Shown piece after piece: positions 26,317 through 41,300 of a stretch of 64,000 nucleotides of DNA; the stretch's first letter is position 1, and the number at the start of each line of letters is the position of its first letter. The DNA is from Phoronis australis (taxonomy: Eukaryota; Animalia; Phoronida). The DNA lies in NCBI GenBank assembly GCA_002633005.1, contig NMRA01000033.1, positions 494,561-558,560 on the forward strand. Direction: 5' to 3'. The position numbers were made by a program, and so were the translations under genes. Below the pieces are notes generated by a model. That model did no database searches. It saw nothing but the letters and a program-made list of their open reading frames with translations, and was not told the origin of the DNA.

Positions 26317-29300
26317 CTATTGTCGCCGGGTTCTTTTTGACGGGGTTTCAATATCAGCTGGCTTTCTTTTTCTTCTACTTGAATCACTATGAAAACAATT
26401 CAAGAACAAATTGTGTAAACCGGGAATTTATGGTGAAATTTGCTTACTCGAAACGAGATTATTCTTTGAAATCAAATCAGGTTGTGGACAACAGCTTTGA
26501 CTTCCGGTGTTTGGTTTTTGAAAAAAGTTAAGGAGATCAATTTAACAGAGGAGATGAAATAATATTTTAAACATAAGGCATCAAGCTGGTCACATTTAAT
26601 TTGATTACCTGTGGCAATAAAAGACATTTAAGAGACATCAAGCTGGCCAAGTCCAGATTGAATAGCTATGACAAAGTAAGACAACGATATCAGAACACAT
26701 CAAGTTGGTTACACTCAATTTGATCATCTGTGGAAACGAAAGGCAACTGGGACAAGGAAAGCCAAATGAGTAGANGTATGTTTCGAAATATCGTGTGTCT
26801 TTTAATTATGTCGCTAGGTCAGTTACTGTATCTATGTTCAGTAGAGAGTAGAGTTTTGTTCAGAAAGTATGAACGCAACGGAATAAAGACCGTGAACAAT
26901 GAAAAGTGTCGTGTATTCAACAAATTCTGTATAACAGAAAACTTGCTCCCGAAGTACAGTCAGTTCAAACAACACAGTACATGAAACTCTGCACAATGAA
27001 ATAGTATCCCTCACTTGTTGCCTGAGGTCATCATTTCTTTGACCTCGTTGATGTAGTGATCAGACACACTTGGCACGGGATCGTCGGACAAGAATGCTGC
27101 AAGGTATTCTGGTTTGACACACGGGATCCCCGCTTCCAGAAGGCGATTGAGGTTGACCTGCGGAAAATGACCACACATTGACAATTTATGGACATGTTCA
27201 AAACTGATGTCACCAAGTCAAAAAAATTACATCATATTAAAGTGTCGAGACTCCAATTAGAAACTAATTTTAAAAGCTCTCAGTGCAACCCACGATGATA
27301 AAACAGTAGGCCAGAAATTGTGATGCAGTCATATACGTGAGGTACGACTAACCCTTCTGGTCACATCACTGGTACTCTTGTGCTTGGTACGCCAAACACT
27401 TATCAGTCTCTTTGTGTTTGGAAAACTTGGTTACATTGCACAGTAAAAGACAAAGGAAAGCTTGCTTGACAGGCAAAGTAAGACTTGAAAATGTGAGAAC
27501 ACGCAGTTATGTTGGCAGTCTTTTGTTCAATCTAATTAAAGTTCTGAAGACATGAAACTAGATTTCAAACTGAAATAATAGTAAAATAGTTAAGCATACA
27601 AAGAATATGAAACTCAATAAACACATGAATACACATTTTTCCTACACGATAATAAGCCAACATTAGTTACGACATGCCACAAAAAAACTCAGTTTTAAGA
27701 AGGGTTGTACCGTGAATCTTTTTATTTCCTCACCTCATATTTGATCTTGGTCAGCTCAAGAAATGCGTGAGTCACCTGAGAAAGGTTATTGAAGGGAGGC
27801 CGTGTGGAAACTACCCTAGCGCCCCCTGCCTCCAGTAATCTCTTGAAGTTGTCATTCTTTGACGTGCACAGTATCACACACCACTCACGGAAAGCCCCTC
27901 GACCCGACAAGCCTCCGCTACCACTGCGTCGAGTCTCCTGCTCGATTCTGACACGCCACCTATGGGCTGACTGCGCAAGCTTACTGGCCTGATTCGACAG
28001 ACTCATAAGCAGAGACTCTGTGCCTGGTCCACCCCATTCAAATTGCTCCTCCTACAGCACAGAAAACACAGTGCCTGATGCAACTATATCATTCAGCTTT
28101 AGCTTAAGCAGACTTCATCATTATAGTGCACTCACACTGGTAGATGTGCACATCGGCAGGAGGATTGTGGGTAAAGAGCCTCACTAAGAGAAGGGTTGTG
28201 AACCAATTTATCAAGCAGTATGTATAAAACAGAAAACCTATTAGAGCACGGTATACTGCACGTGTGCAAGAAGGATCATGATGTAGAAATGTGTCTAACG
28301 TCGGTAATGATTACATGACTGCGCCTCTAAATTCCAGTTATGATCTCTAATCCCCAGTTCCGGGGCAACAAACATTAAGCCCATGATACAAATTCTATAC
28401 CTGCGCTAAACCCTAAACTCAACACATGCCAAAGATACTACATACTTGGGGACAGATTCCCCATCAGAACACATGGTCTGGGTCTGTAATTTGGTCACCA
28501 GGCATGAAGTATTTTCAGTGCATGTGTGGAATTTGTTCCACAGGGTTTGTATTTATTGGTCCAGGTCTGGGGTTTAGGGGGTATCGAAGCTACAATTTAA
28601 AGGGGCAATAGTCTGATATAACGTGCCTGCATTTTAAGAACCAGTTTGATGCCCGTTATTTAGTGGGGAAAATTGGTTCTCAAAATTCGGGCATGTTGTA
28701 TCAGACCATTACCATTTAAAGGTATGGCCATGGAGTATGCTATCAGCTTTGGACAAAGGGAATGAAAAGTAATAACTAAGAAATATTACATTATAAGCCA
28801 TGAGGTGAAACTCACATCAACAAATCTCTTCTCTTGATCACATGCTTCAAAGTAGGATTTGTGCAGAACCCAAGAACCAGTAGCGATGCAGGCCAAAAAC
28901 TTTTCATTCCTTGTCGGCGAACCTAAGATGAAACAAAGAAGTTTCTTTTTTTAAATTCCGACACAATTCAACTATTGATCATTCTTAAGGTAGGTGGATA
29001 CACAAAAAATACTTTTGACTGTTTCTTACATTTTTATATCATCCTAATCTTCAATTCTTCATTCACATTATACTGAAGAAAAATAAAACCATTCTGAAAA
29101 TCCAAAGTTTTTTTATTAATTATATTTGACCAAGCTTCAGTAAGTCATATGGCTTAAGTGCTCACCAGCTCAGTGACTGACAAGTGGGGCAGAGCTTATA
29201 CCAGGACACTAATTCTAATCTAAACCTGTCAACAAACATTGCGTAACCAGGCAATCGAGAATGCTGTACTCGCCAGCTGATATTGATGTTGTAGCAAGCA

Positions 29301-32300
29301 GGGCTTGGAATGACCAATGACAAAAAACGCGGAAACTTTTACGGCCCAAATCATGCCCGCTAACCAGCCTTGAAATGGTCAATGTGAACCTTTCCTCGCC
29401 AAAAATCGGGAGGACTAAAAAAAAAAAAAAACGTTACCACCATCAGTAGCATGCGTCTGCGTCCTTTTAGCTCGCCCGTCCACTCCCAACCCCACACATT
29501 TTTGGCTGCAGAGCGGTAGTATTTGTCGCCGCGCTTAACAATAACACGAGACGCCATTGAAAATCCCACCACGCTGTCCCAGGTGCCCCGGCAATGTTGA
29601 CAATTTACGTTCCTCCGAAACATAAAGAGCAACTTCCGCTTTTCGAGGTGAACGTCGTCTGCAACGCCGCGGTAAGAAAGGAATTTGCCTCGGAAATTTT
29701 ATATCAAATCCGATTTTTTTACGCGGAAATATTATAAAAAAAGCGGACAGCACATTTGAAAAAAGCGGAAATCCGTGTTTCCGCGGAAAATTGCAAGCCC
29801 TGAGTACATCAACAAAAATTGGAACAGAATGACCATGCATTCTGAACAAATTTTGGCCTCAAGTAGCAATCGAAGCCCACTTAACTTCAAAGCCGTTTTT
29901 CTCGGCTCGTGATTTCACGTTAGTGACAAGATTCTCAGGCCTATTTTCGCAACACGTGGGTCAATTTTTACGAAATTTGCAAATTTGAAATCCTCTAGGA
30001 CTGAAGCAAAATCCTGTGCCAGGGTTTTTTGATACACGGACCAGATTTTTAGTTATTAGACGGAAAGTGACCAAATGACAGAAAGTGGCGTGTGTAAGTA
30101 GAATATTGCATAAGGAAACAGTTGATGATAATCCCTGTGCATTTTGATAAAAAATCGAGGTAAAATTGGATTTTTTGTAAAATAAAAATTACGATTTTTT
30201 AAAAAAAACGAACTACAATAAAAACATTTTCTTTCCATTTTTGTCACTTTCAGAGTCATTTCTAACTAGTAAAACCCCCTTTATACTTATTTTAGATAGG
30301 AACCTGGAGATTTGACCAGTGTATACACCTACCTTAAGAAAGATTAAATTTCTTTTACCAAAAGACACTAGTTTTTTTGTAAGCACGGTTGTGTTCTCTT
30401 GAGTGAGAAAAAGAAAAAAGAGCTTCCCCTAAGCCGACCCAACACTTACCTACAACCAAGTGTGTACAGTCTGCATCATAATACAATGAGTCCAGCACCC
30501 GCCCACCCAGCTGTTCCACTATGGCCCCATAGTGGTCTCGCTCCTGAAATTGTATTAAGAGGTGACATCACGTCGGTATATTCACGTATACGCCGCACTT
30601 AACAGGGTATTAAACAAGTGGTTGCATCAACAAACAGCATTGAATTTATACCACAATAATTTTTAAGCTTGAGAAGACCTGACAGTTGGTTATTGTTTCA
30701 GATCTGGCTCATCAAGTTTGCCCATCACAGAGGGTTAACTTCAACCACCAAATCATGTTGTAGCCGATTATTTCAACATTCACGGAATCAGTAGTTGCCC
30801 TTTGTTAAGACAAACGTGTTTAGAACACCACTGTAGTTTCTGGTTGATGGCTTCACAGACAGTTGTATTTGCTGTATAGATTTCGATCATCAGGTGTCGT
30901 AATGAAGTAAATTGCCAACACACAGAACTGTTTACCTGATGATTGAAAACTGTACAGAGAACATGAGCAATTGTCTGTGAAGGTGTCCAACAGGAAATAC
31001 AGTGGTGTTTTTAATCAAGTTTATACAAGGAATGGATATGAATACAATGACACTGCTTTGGAATAGCAAATACGGTCAAGAAAAAAGCTACTTTTGACAC
31101 CCGAAACTGGTTTATGGAAGTATTAAATACGATTTGTACTGACAAAAGGTGTTTTTTTGTTTCCATGTGTTTTCCAGAACATAATTTCCATTTTCCACGT
31201 GTTTTAAAGGGCGTAACTTTCAATTTCATTTTCCACAAGCCAGCTATTTTCTCACACAAAAGTAGCCATAAAGAGCTCTTTGACTGATTGTAGCCAGGCA
31301 TAACAGACTGTATGAACAGGCCTCGCAAAATGGCGTGTTTTTATTTATCTTATAAAAATTTTGACACGTTTCGATTTACATGGAAATNTATAACGTCAAG
31401 TTTTCCATGATGAGTGTGTACCACTGAAGGTTAAAAACAAAACAAAACCCAAGCTGATTCTGGTCTAGAACTCAAAAAACAACAAGCATGTTACTAGACG
31501 ACATTGACGAACATTAAGTTCTTGGTCTCGAGGAAAAATTACCCAAAACTGGATGCAGTGTAGCACCTGACTCAAAAACACACCGTTCGTACTTTGGCAC
31601 ATTCTCTCCGCAAGGTGGAAAGTTACACAACACTATCACATATTCCCTGTGAGACAACACCCACACACCTCACAAGTCTGTCTCAGAACACCATGCAATC
31701 TCATCTAAGGCACATATTCACCAATGAAAAGCTTATTGTGTCAAGACAATGAGGACGGAAAATGTTCCAAGACAGTTTACCTGAGGGCTCATTCCAGAAA
31801 ACAGGAACACAGGTGAGGGCCTCTCCACCACAAACGGTTCACTCTCAGTCTCTACCATGATAACAGGCTGGGGAGACTGAACACGTACACCAGGCTGAAT
31901 GACAGGGAAGGCTACAACAAGTTGAATGAGTAATACTAATACTAATACTAATACCACTGTGACAATCATTTGAACATGTAATATTATATCCACACCAAGT
32001 GAAATTTGTAATTAAATCCATCACAGTTCTAATGTGAAACATCAAACCCACGACAATTTGGAAGACATGTAATATTAAATTTAAGCCAAAACAATTAGAA
32101 TGTGCAATATTAAAGTTACAACAGTCCTTAAGTGCCATAATTTACATCATGATAACAATTCAAGATGTCAAATTAACATAAAACACACTTACGGCTTGCT
32201 GTACAATTTTCATTTAAGTGATGCAATTAAAAAACAAAATAACAATATAATGTCAAATCAAGATTTGCTGTCTTGTTGCTAAGAATCACGCATCATTCTT

Positions 32301-35300
32301 AGTTAGATACACAAGACAAAGTTATTATAAGTATCAGTGCTTACCTAAAGATGGCGCCTCAGGTGTAGGGGTCCTGTGATCTGGCGGGCTTTTCACAGCA
32401 GGTGTTACAGATGTTACATCTTGAAACTATAACAGATATATGTGCCATTGACATTAGACATCACGGATGGAACATTATCATCTGTTACCCGTTACCTGTT
32501 TAAAAGCATGAAAATTTTGAGACATCCAGTTGAGAAAACAGATCAAGTTTGAGTCTAATACTGGAATAAAAACTTAAAAATTTAGCGACGTTGCGTCCGC
32601 ATCTCACGGACTTCAGCTTGGCTAGTGACATTATCGTTATTCTGGCCAATTGGTGGCGTTTTGACCAGACACGCTCTATTACCTGTTTGCTGATGTACCG
32701 TTACGATTGATCGTTAGCCACCAAGATTGCACACAATCCCACGATTAGAAGGCAGATTCATTACTAAAAGTTAATTGAAATAATCCTGAAAACGATAATT
32801 ATGCAGCCAACTTTTCCAATCAAGCATTCCCATCCATAATGAAAATAGGTTTCAGTCAATGGACCACCTGCCAGGTAAGAAAACAACCCACGGCATAACA
32901 ACACTACCTGGACATAACACCTTTTCTGTGATTGGTCAAATGCAATCTGAGTTATCCTATAATCTTGATGGTGGAAATGAAGGTGACATGACACACGTGT
33001 GCATGTACATGTATAAGGACAGTATATTCTGCTGATCTTACATGATTGTGTACACTAATCCTCACCCTGAATTGAATGGTATCTGAGTCATTGCCACTCC
33101 TACGTCCCCCACCCTCCTCATCGACGTCCGAGTACTGTGCGTTAACTGGCGCTGGACTCAGTGACTCACTGTTCTGAGTGGGACTGTTGGCGCGCTCTAG
33201 TGCCTCAGCCAACTTGATTTGTTCAAGGCGACCTGTTGGGTCATCCCAGGTCACCTGCACGCTCTGAGACGCCTCCGTGTTGAGCATGAGGGCTGGTGAC
33301 ACCTTGCCTGTAAATGATGACAAGCATTTGACACAACTATGTGACATTTATAGAAAGTATTTCAAAGATGGACGGCATCCGGACTTGAGCACAATGGTTG
33401 TTTTGTGGAATTGGTGATTAATAATTTGGAAATGTTTCTGGGCCTAAGCTAGTGATACTTGAAAAAGAGAGCTGACTTTAAAAGAAATACATTCCTGAAT
33501 TGGTAGCCAGCGAAGTGATTTTAATGCAGGTCTCACTGTCAAATGTACAGGTGTTATGTACATCTTTTGTGAACTTCTTTTGATGGTAGAAACCAAGTGC
33601 TATCATGACAGTGTATATCTGAACATCACTATGTTACATTACACCAGCCCAGAACAGTCCTTTAATACAAACAGGGACTCATTTGTTATATGAACCAATC
33701 AGATCTGAACAGTACCGGTTTGAAACACACAGCAAAATGTCCAAGAATGACCACCATTGCTATTTGAAGTTGCAGTAAACCTGTCGGAACAAAGACTTAC
33801 TCTGCAACTTATGTGCTTTGAAGAAGTCGCACGACAGCACTGTCTAATGCATTTAGAGACCCAATAGCACTTATTGCGTGGAGGAATGAAAGTACTAGCT
33901 ATGTAAATGTATGGGCCACGTAAATGTACAGGCTACGAAACTGTAACGGACACATAAATGTAATGGACACGGAAATGTAACGGACACATAAATGTACCAG
34001 CCATGTAAATGTACTGGCCACGTAAATGTACCGGCTACGTAAATGTACTGGCCACGTAAATTTAATGGACACGTAAATGTAACGGACACATAAATGTACC
34101 GGACACGTAAATGTACCGGACACGTAAATGTAACGGACACATAAATGTACCAGCGATGTAAATGTACTGGCCACGTAAATGTAACGGACACGTAAATGTA
34201 CTATGTAATTGTACTAGCTATGTAAATGTTTCATGTATACCTGTACTTCTTGTGGTCCTTTGACGTTGCCGTGATGATGGCCTACTGCGTGAAGATGTAC
34301 TTTGCTCTGATGATGTGTTTAGCTGGTTATTCCCTACAAAATAAGAAAGTTGGTTACTTACGATAACCGCAAATGAATGACATCACGTTAAAGATTAACC
34401 ACGGTTCAAACCGGACTAAATCTCTGGGCCTAAACTCAAGCCTGTTCTCAGCTTTCTCATTTTTGTTTATAAGCGTAATTTAGATATTGTGTTACGCACG
34501 GTCATTAATGAACTACACAAATGAACTGTAAGGAGTAACAATAACCTGACAAATACAGTACACAGCACTCTGCTCATGTAAAGCTGTTACAGTACAAGGT
34601 ACAAGTAATTGAACAAAATACCAATTCCCCGTCATGACAGCTAATTCTGTTAATAGCAAAAATTACTGGTCACGACTATTATGGCGACAAACTTTTGCTT
34701 GCAGAAAGGTTTAGCCACCTTACTAACTTTCCTGATAATTCTCCTTCATTCTCAGTCATGAGGGAAGGTTACTCTGACGATCGGCTTCAGCCCAGCTGTC
34801 ATGAAGGGAAATGACGAGTCATTCTGTCTGAATACTTTTGGCACGTAAAGTAACATTCAGGTAAATGTAATGTGTAACGTAAAGAAATACTCTGGTGTAC
34901 TTAAAATAATGACAATGTTAGTGTTCAATCAAGAGGTAGCAACTTTACCACTAGGCCACACCACCTGCACTGATCACCTGACTGATAATTAAACTATAAC
35001 CACACAACTCACCATTGTTGCGCTGCCTACTTTTCCTTCGAGATGATTTTTGAGCTCTACAAACAGAAATAGAATTTCATACAGTATCCAAGAGAACATA
35101 CCTCACAATGACCAGTTTACATCTAAAACAGTCTGGTTATTTTCACCTTTGGATGAAATACCAAAACCGACCTAGTAGTTGTTGTCGCTACGATATAGAG
35201 CCATCAAACTTATCACTGTTTAAGATTTCATCTGAACGACATCCAAGGAATATTACAAGTAGACAAACCGAGGTCACAGAAATGGTACAAGTTGATTAGA

Positions 35301-38300
35301 CATCTATAATCATGAAGTACTATCCAAAATTTAGAATTCTGGTTAACAAGGACTTCTCTTCAAATCTGGAATCTCTAGTTTCACAATCCTAGTTCAAACT
35401 CACTTAGTGGCCTCTATAGCACTTTTAAGTTGTTTACTGATATCATTCATGGCCATATCGCCGGCGACATCTTCTGGCTGTTCGGCATCCACACACGCTT
35501 GCACCATCTCGTCGTCACTGTCGCTCGTACTTGAAAATGCTGGCTTGTCTTTTCTGGTGGCACCCTCTGCAGGGTTTTCCACAGCCAAGGAGACGGAGGA
35601 TTCATTTTTGGTTGTTCCAATAGGCTTTGTTGGGCTATCCGATCGCGAGGCGGCGCTTTCTCTGTCTTTTCTTGGACTACAAGAAATATATATCACTTAC
35701 AATAAACAGGAACTTGAAACAAACAAAATAACTATGAGAACAGCGTGTGCAACAACACTTTTATAAAAGGCAAAAACACCACGTTATTTTAACTGGTCTC
35801 AAGGTATTACACTTCATGTCTTGCAGCGCGCCACACTTTTCCGCATATTTTCAATTTGCAGCCAAACCTTTTTGTTAAAAAATCTCTCAACATAGTGGCA
35901 GTATCCTAACCCTTTAACACTGAGTTATTGTTGTTACAGCTACTGTATTATATATAATGTCATAACCGTCTGGGTATCTTCACCATTATTGCTCAAGGAT
36001 TTAGAAACAGAACACCACCCCCAAAATTGTCCACACAATACTTGTAGTTTAGTTGCCATCACAACCCTCTGAATGCATTTCTAACATAAAGCAACCATTG
36101 GTCACAAGCCATCAATAGTTTACCAAGGAGCAAATAAACAAGAAAAGGCTTTTTGAAAGGAAGGACCTAATATGAATTGGTTCAAAACAAAGTTTATCTG
36201 ATTGAAAAAACATGCTGCATGCACGGTTAATTGCTCTTCCATCAGGTAGAGGGCACCAGGAGTCAGCAATAGTATGTGACCTTTAGTCTTTGTTTTGCAA
36301 ACATCTCCAAGAAACATAACCTGCCTTTTAACGGGTTCAGCCATGGGCACAACTTCCTGTTTGTTTCTGACCGACCTCCGAGTATTGCGGGCTGGTGTTT
36401 CCTGTTTGGTCTTCACCACAGCCTGCAAAGAGTGACATCTTGAATACATTATGATCTTGACCAAATACGATCAGGTAATACTAAGCTTTTGTGTGCAAAA
36501 GTTTGTGTTGTGCTCGCGTGTCCAGCTTCGGCATTGCTGACCTCTTGTGATGCGAATAAGTATCTTGTTCCAGTCAGCATGTCGCATATCACAACTCATT
36601 ACAGCCAGCTGTTATCATTTTGCCAGCTATGAACAGGAAATAGTGTTTGTAACTGAAACAATAGCACTTTCAATGATATTCTCCTTATTTTACCTTTGCT
36701 TAATTATGAGCATAAGACAACTGTTACACCTCATTGATCCTGAGTTGAGCAATTTTTTATATTTAATACGAGCAGATAAGGAAATATGCATGTTTAAGCA
36801 AATGCAGAACAATAGAACAAAATTTGTTCACATTTGTAAGATTCGTAACACATAAAATCGTTCTAATACTGCACACTTTAAAACATGGAAATTGCCCTGC
36901 ATGCTTAGATAATAATGATAACAACTTTTTGTGAGCTGCAAGTGAAGAGTAAAGCCAAAAAGATCCACTAGAGGTCAACACTTGTAACATACCAACTGCA
37001 TGCTTGGGTTGAAGTTGTGGGGAAACAGAGCTTCATCGACTCTGGCCTGTTGTTCAGAACACTGGAACAAGCAACATGATGATGGTGACAATAGTTTTAT
37101 TTAAATGAACGTTAATGACCTAATAACACTAATAACAAAACTGCTGAAATGTAAGTGTGGCTGCATACTAAATACGATGAATTTCACTTGAAAAGGCAAT
37201 ATTAATATTTTTGAAAGAGGGATTTCACTTTGTCCAAATGAAGAGGTTAAACACAAGCAAGTAAAAGTGAGACTTTCTATCTGTTATTCATGATGCAGAC
37301 AGACAGGAGTTTAAAAATATGAAACCTACAATTAGTATAGACTACATTATGCTTCACATTGCCATAGAAAGAAATTGACAAAATTTGACAAGCTCGATAA
37401 ATAGCGCGGNCAAAAACACCACGTTATTTTAACTGGTCTCAAGGTATTACACTTCATGTCTTGCAGCGCGCCACACTTTTCCGCATATTTTCAATTTGCA
37501 GCCAAACCTTTTTGTTAAAAAATCTCTCAACATAGTGGCAGTATCCTAACCCTTTAACACTGAGTTATTGTTGTTACAGCTACTGTATTATATATAATGT
37601 CATAACCGTCTGGGTATCTTCACCATTATTGCTCAAGGATTTAGAAACAGAACACCACCCCCAAAATTGTCCACACAATACTTGTAGTTTAGTTGCCATC
37701 ACAACCCTCTGAATGCATTTCTAACATAAAGCAACCATTGGTCACAAGCCATCAATAGTTTACCAAGGAGCAAATAAACAAGAAAAGGCTTTTTGAAAGG
37801 AAGGACCTAATATGAATTGGTTCAAAACAAAGTTTATCTGATTGAAAAAACATGCTGCATGCACGGTTAATTGCTCTTCCATCAGGTAGAGGGCACCAGG
37901 AGTCAGCAATAGTATGTGACCTTTAGTCTTTGTTTTGCAAACATCTCCAAGAAACATAACCTGCCTTTTAACGGGTTCAGCCATGGGCACAACTTCCTGT
38001 TTGTTTCTGACCGACCTCCGAGTATTGCGGGCTGGTGTTTCCTGTTTGGTCTTCACCACAGCCTGCAAAGAGTGACATCTTGAATACATTATGATCTTGA
38101 CCAAATACGATCAGGTAATAAGCTTTTGTGTGCAAAAGTTTGTGTTGTGCTCGCGTGTCCAGCTTCGGCATTGCTGACCTCTTGTGATGCGAATAAGTAT
38201 CTTGTTCCAGTCAGCATGTCGCATATCACAACTCATTACATCCAGCTGTTATCATTTTGCCAGCTATGAACAGGAAATAGTGTTTGTAACTGAAACAATA

Positions 38301-41300
38301 GCACTTTCAATGATATTCTCCTTATTTTACCTTTGCTTAATGATGAGCATAAGACAACTGTTACACCTCATTGATCCTGAGGTGAGCAATTTTTTATATT
38401 TAATACGAGCAGATAAGGAAATGTGCACAGTATAAGCTTGTGTTCAATATGCAGAAAAATAGAACAAAATTTGTTCACGTTTGTAAGATTCGTAACACAG
38501 AAAATCGTTCAAAACACTGCACACTTTAAAACACGGAAATTGCCCTGCATGCTTAGATAATAATGTTAACAACTTTTTGTGAGCTGCAAGTGAAGAGTAA
38601 AGCCAAAAAGATCCACTAGAGGTCGACACTTGAAACATACCAACTGCATGCTTGGGTTGAAGTTGTGGGGAAACAGAGCTTCATCGACTCTGGCCTGCTG
38701 TTCAGAACACTGGAACAAGCAACATGATGATGGTGACAATAGTTTTAGTTAAATGAACGTAAATGACCTAATAACACCAATAACAAAACTGATGAAATGT
38801 AATTGTAGCTACATACTAAATATGATGAATTTCACTTGACCAAGGTAAAATTAGTGTTTTTGAAAGAGGAATTTTGTCCAAAAAAAGAGCTTAAACGCAA
38901 GCAACAAAAAGTGAGACTTTCTATCTGCTATTAATGATGCAGACAGACATGATATGAAACCTACAATTAGTATAGACTACATTATGCTTCACTTTGCCAT
39001 AGAAAGAAATTGACAAAATTTGACAAGCTCGATAAATAGTGCGGATCCTACCTCCACAAAGGATAGATTCAAACAGGACAGATTCCTGGATCCCATCTGT
39101 GTGTCGACTATTTTGGCCAGAACTAATTGCACAAAAATTAATCACAAGTCACAACATCATACAACAGTTCACTTACCATTGTCAGCCAATGAGGGGACAC
39201 TATGCACTTTCCCTGGTCCCTGGCCAGGCGGAATTCTTTGGTTGTGTCATTGGCTCTTCCCTGAAAACAAATTGACAAAACCTTATAAAATTCAGTACAT
39301 AATTACTGTAATCACTACACTTCATCCTGGTGTATAACAAAATTCAAGGTTAAACAACAAATTACTATGATGTGAACACTCCCTACTTTATCTGCATAAA
39401 ATCTTTCAATGAATTGCAGGTAAGAAAAAATTAAGGAAATTGGTTATCTTTGTTATCAAGGTTTGAATTCGTTAAATAACTTTTTATTAAATTTAACTTG
39501 TTAAATGCATTTATCGTCATTATTTTGACACTTGTCTCTTTATTTTGAAACCAGTCCTTAGGGTTTATTTTGCATTACTCATCTCTATTTATAGCCTCTA
39601 GGGCCTACTTTTGTATTCATACGTTTCTCTACGCGACTCCTGATTGGTCGCCCATATTTCCTTTGTTCTATTCAACATGGTCTCTCATTCAGCCACCTAC
39701 CTCGTCATCTACAAGACCTACGTTCTTTCTCTTCATTTTTTCCCCACCCCCCATCCCGGGTGTCGGTTCCACTTTCTCTTTGCTTATACATTTCCTGTTT
39801 TGTTTTCATGTTCTGTACTTTTCCTTTAAGCCCTTCAGGCAGTTTTTTTGTTTTGTTCCCTCTTGCAGGGCTATTCATTGTACACGCCGGTGGGCGTTTT
39901 TTGCATGCCCATCTTGCAGAGTCTTAGTTAGTTTTATCTATTACGTCATAATAAATGACAATATTCACAATCCTCCTCTTGTTTTACTCTGCAACATATC
40001 TCGTGGCGTACCCCGGGCAAAATAGATAACGATAAAAATATTAATTGTAGTCCCATAAAGCTATGTTTTTAACATCTTTGATGATCACAGAATCTTTGTG
40101 CTGAAAATAATACCCAGCTGTTCGTAATCATGTGATTGTTTTTCTACAAAATCTGTGTTTTTTATGGAGATCGCAATAATTTCCATACAGTTACATGATT
40201 TTTTTCATGTGAAATGTGAATTGTGTTTATTTTTCTATTAGCTACCAAGATGTGTCTGGAATTTTCTTTTAAATTATTTTAGCCACAAACATCCAGTCAA
40301 AAATGAAGACGGCAACATTGCTTGAAAAATGGAAGTCTTATTTTTGACACCCGAGCTCTCGGGGTAAAGGACCTTCTAAAGGAATAATAACTTACAAGTT
40401 TTGTGTGAAAAAATGACAGTTGTGTAAATTAACGCAATCTCCGTGAAAACTCAAGATAGTTTAGAAAATAAGCAGTCACTTGAATACGAACATTTGGGCA
40501 TTGCTTTCGTGCACATAAGACTGCGTGATCATAAAGTGTAATTTAAAAATATGTTTACGTCACCTAAAAAATTCTGTCCTTAATGTAACAATGTACCTAA
40601 TCAGTCTCATCTACTTCCACACTCAAATTAGAAATGACTTCTAGACTTGAGAAGAAATGACGATTCATAATTACTTCTCACCAGTCTCATTATTCTGAAG
40701 GTGATTGGCCGTCAAGGGAATTAATGTTTTCAATACCAGAAAATGGCAAATAGGGGTTGCAAAATCAAAATCGAACTGCGCCAATTGAAGTGAGATGGGA
40801 CGAAACAAACGTACCTGAAATATGAAGTGCGTGCAGCTCTTGTCGTAAGTCCAACGATAGTCGGCACCCAGTGAGGCCGCCATGTTGTTGTACTCGCTCT
40901 GTTTAGAGCTGAGCTTTTTACTGACGGCGATCACGACACCATGTAGTGGGGCACTGGGCTGGGACTGAAAGAATAAGTCATATGAGATAATATTAACTAG
41001 TTGATATGAGTATTTATTAGTATTACCAACATTTAAGTGAATAACAACTTGATGTGACTGTATTATTAATCTTTTTCAGGTTAACACATCTTAAAGGTGC
41101 ATTTTGCCCTGTTAACTTGACTAAAACACAACAGGAGTATCAAGGCCATCTGTGACTAAAATACAACAGGTGCATCGAGGCAATCTGTGACTAAAACCCA
41201 ACAGGAGTATTGAGGCCATCTGTGACCAAAACACAACAGGTGTATCGAGGCAACCTGTAACTAAAACCCAACAGGAGTATCGAGGCCATCTGTGACTAAA

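Noticed and set aside
30875-30955. CTGATGA-TC/TT-GAAA motifs in the small palindrome
   Set aside because: No stem II and no convincing stem III or cleavage site.
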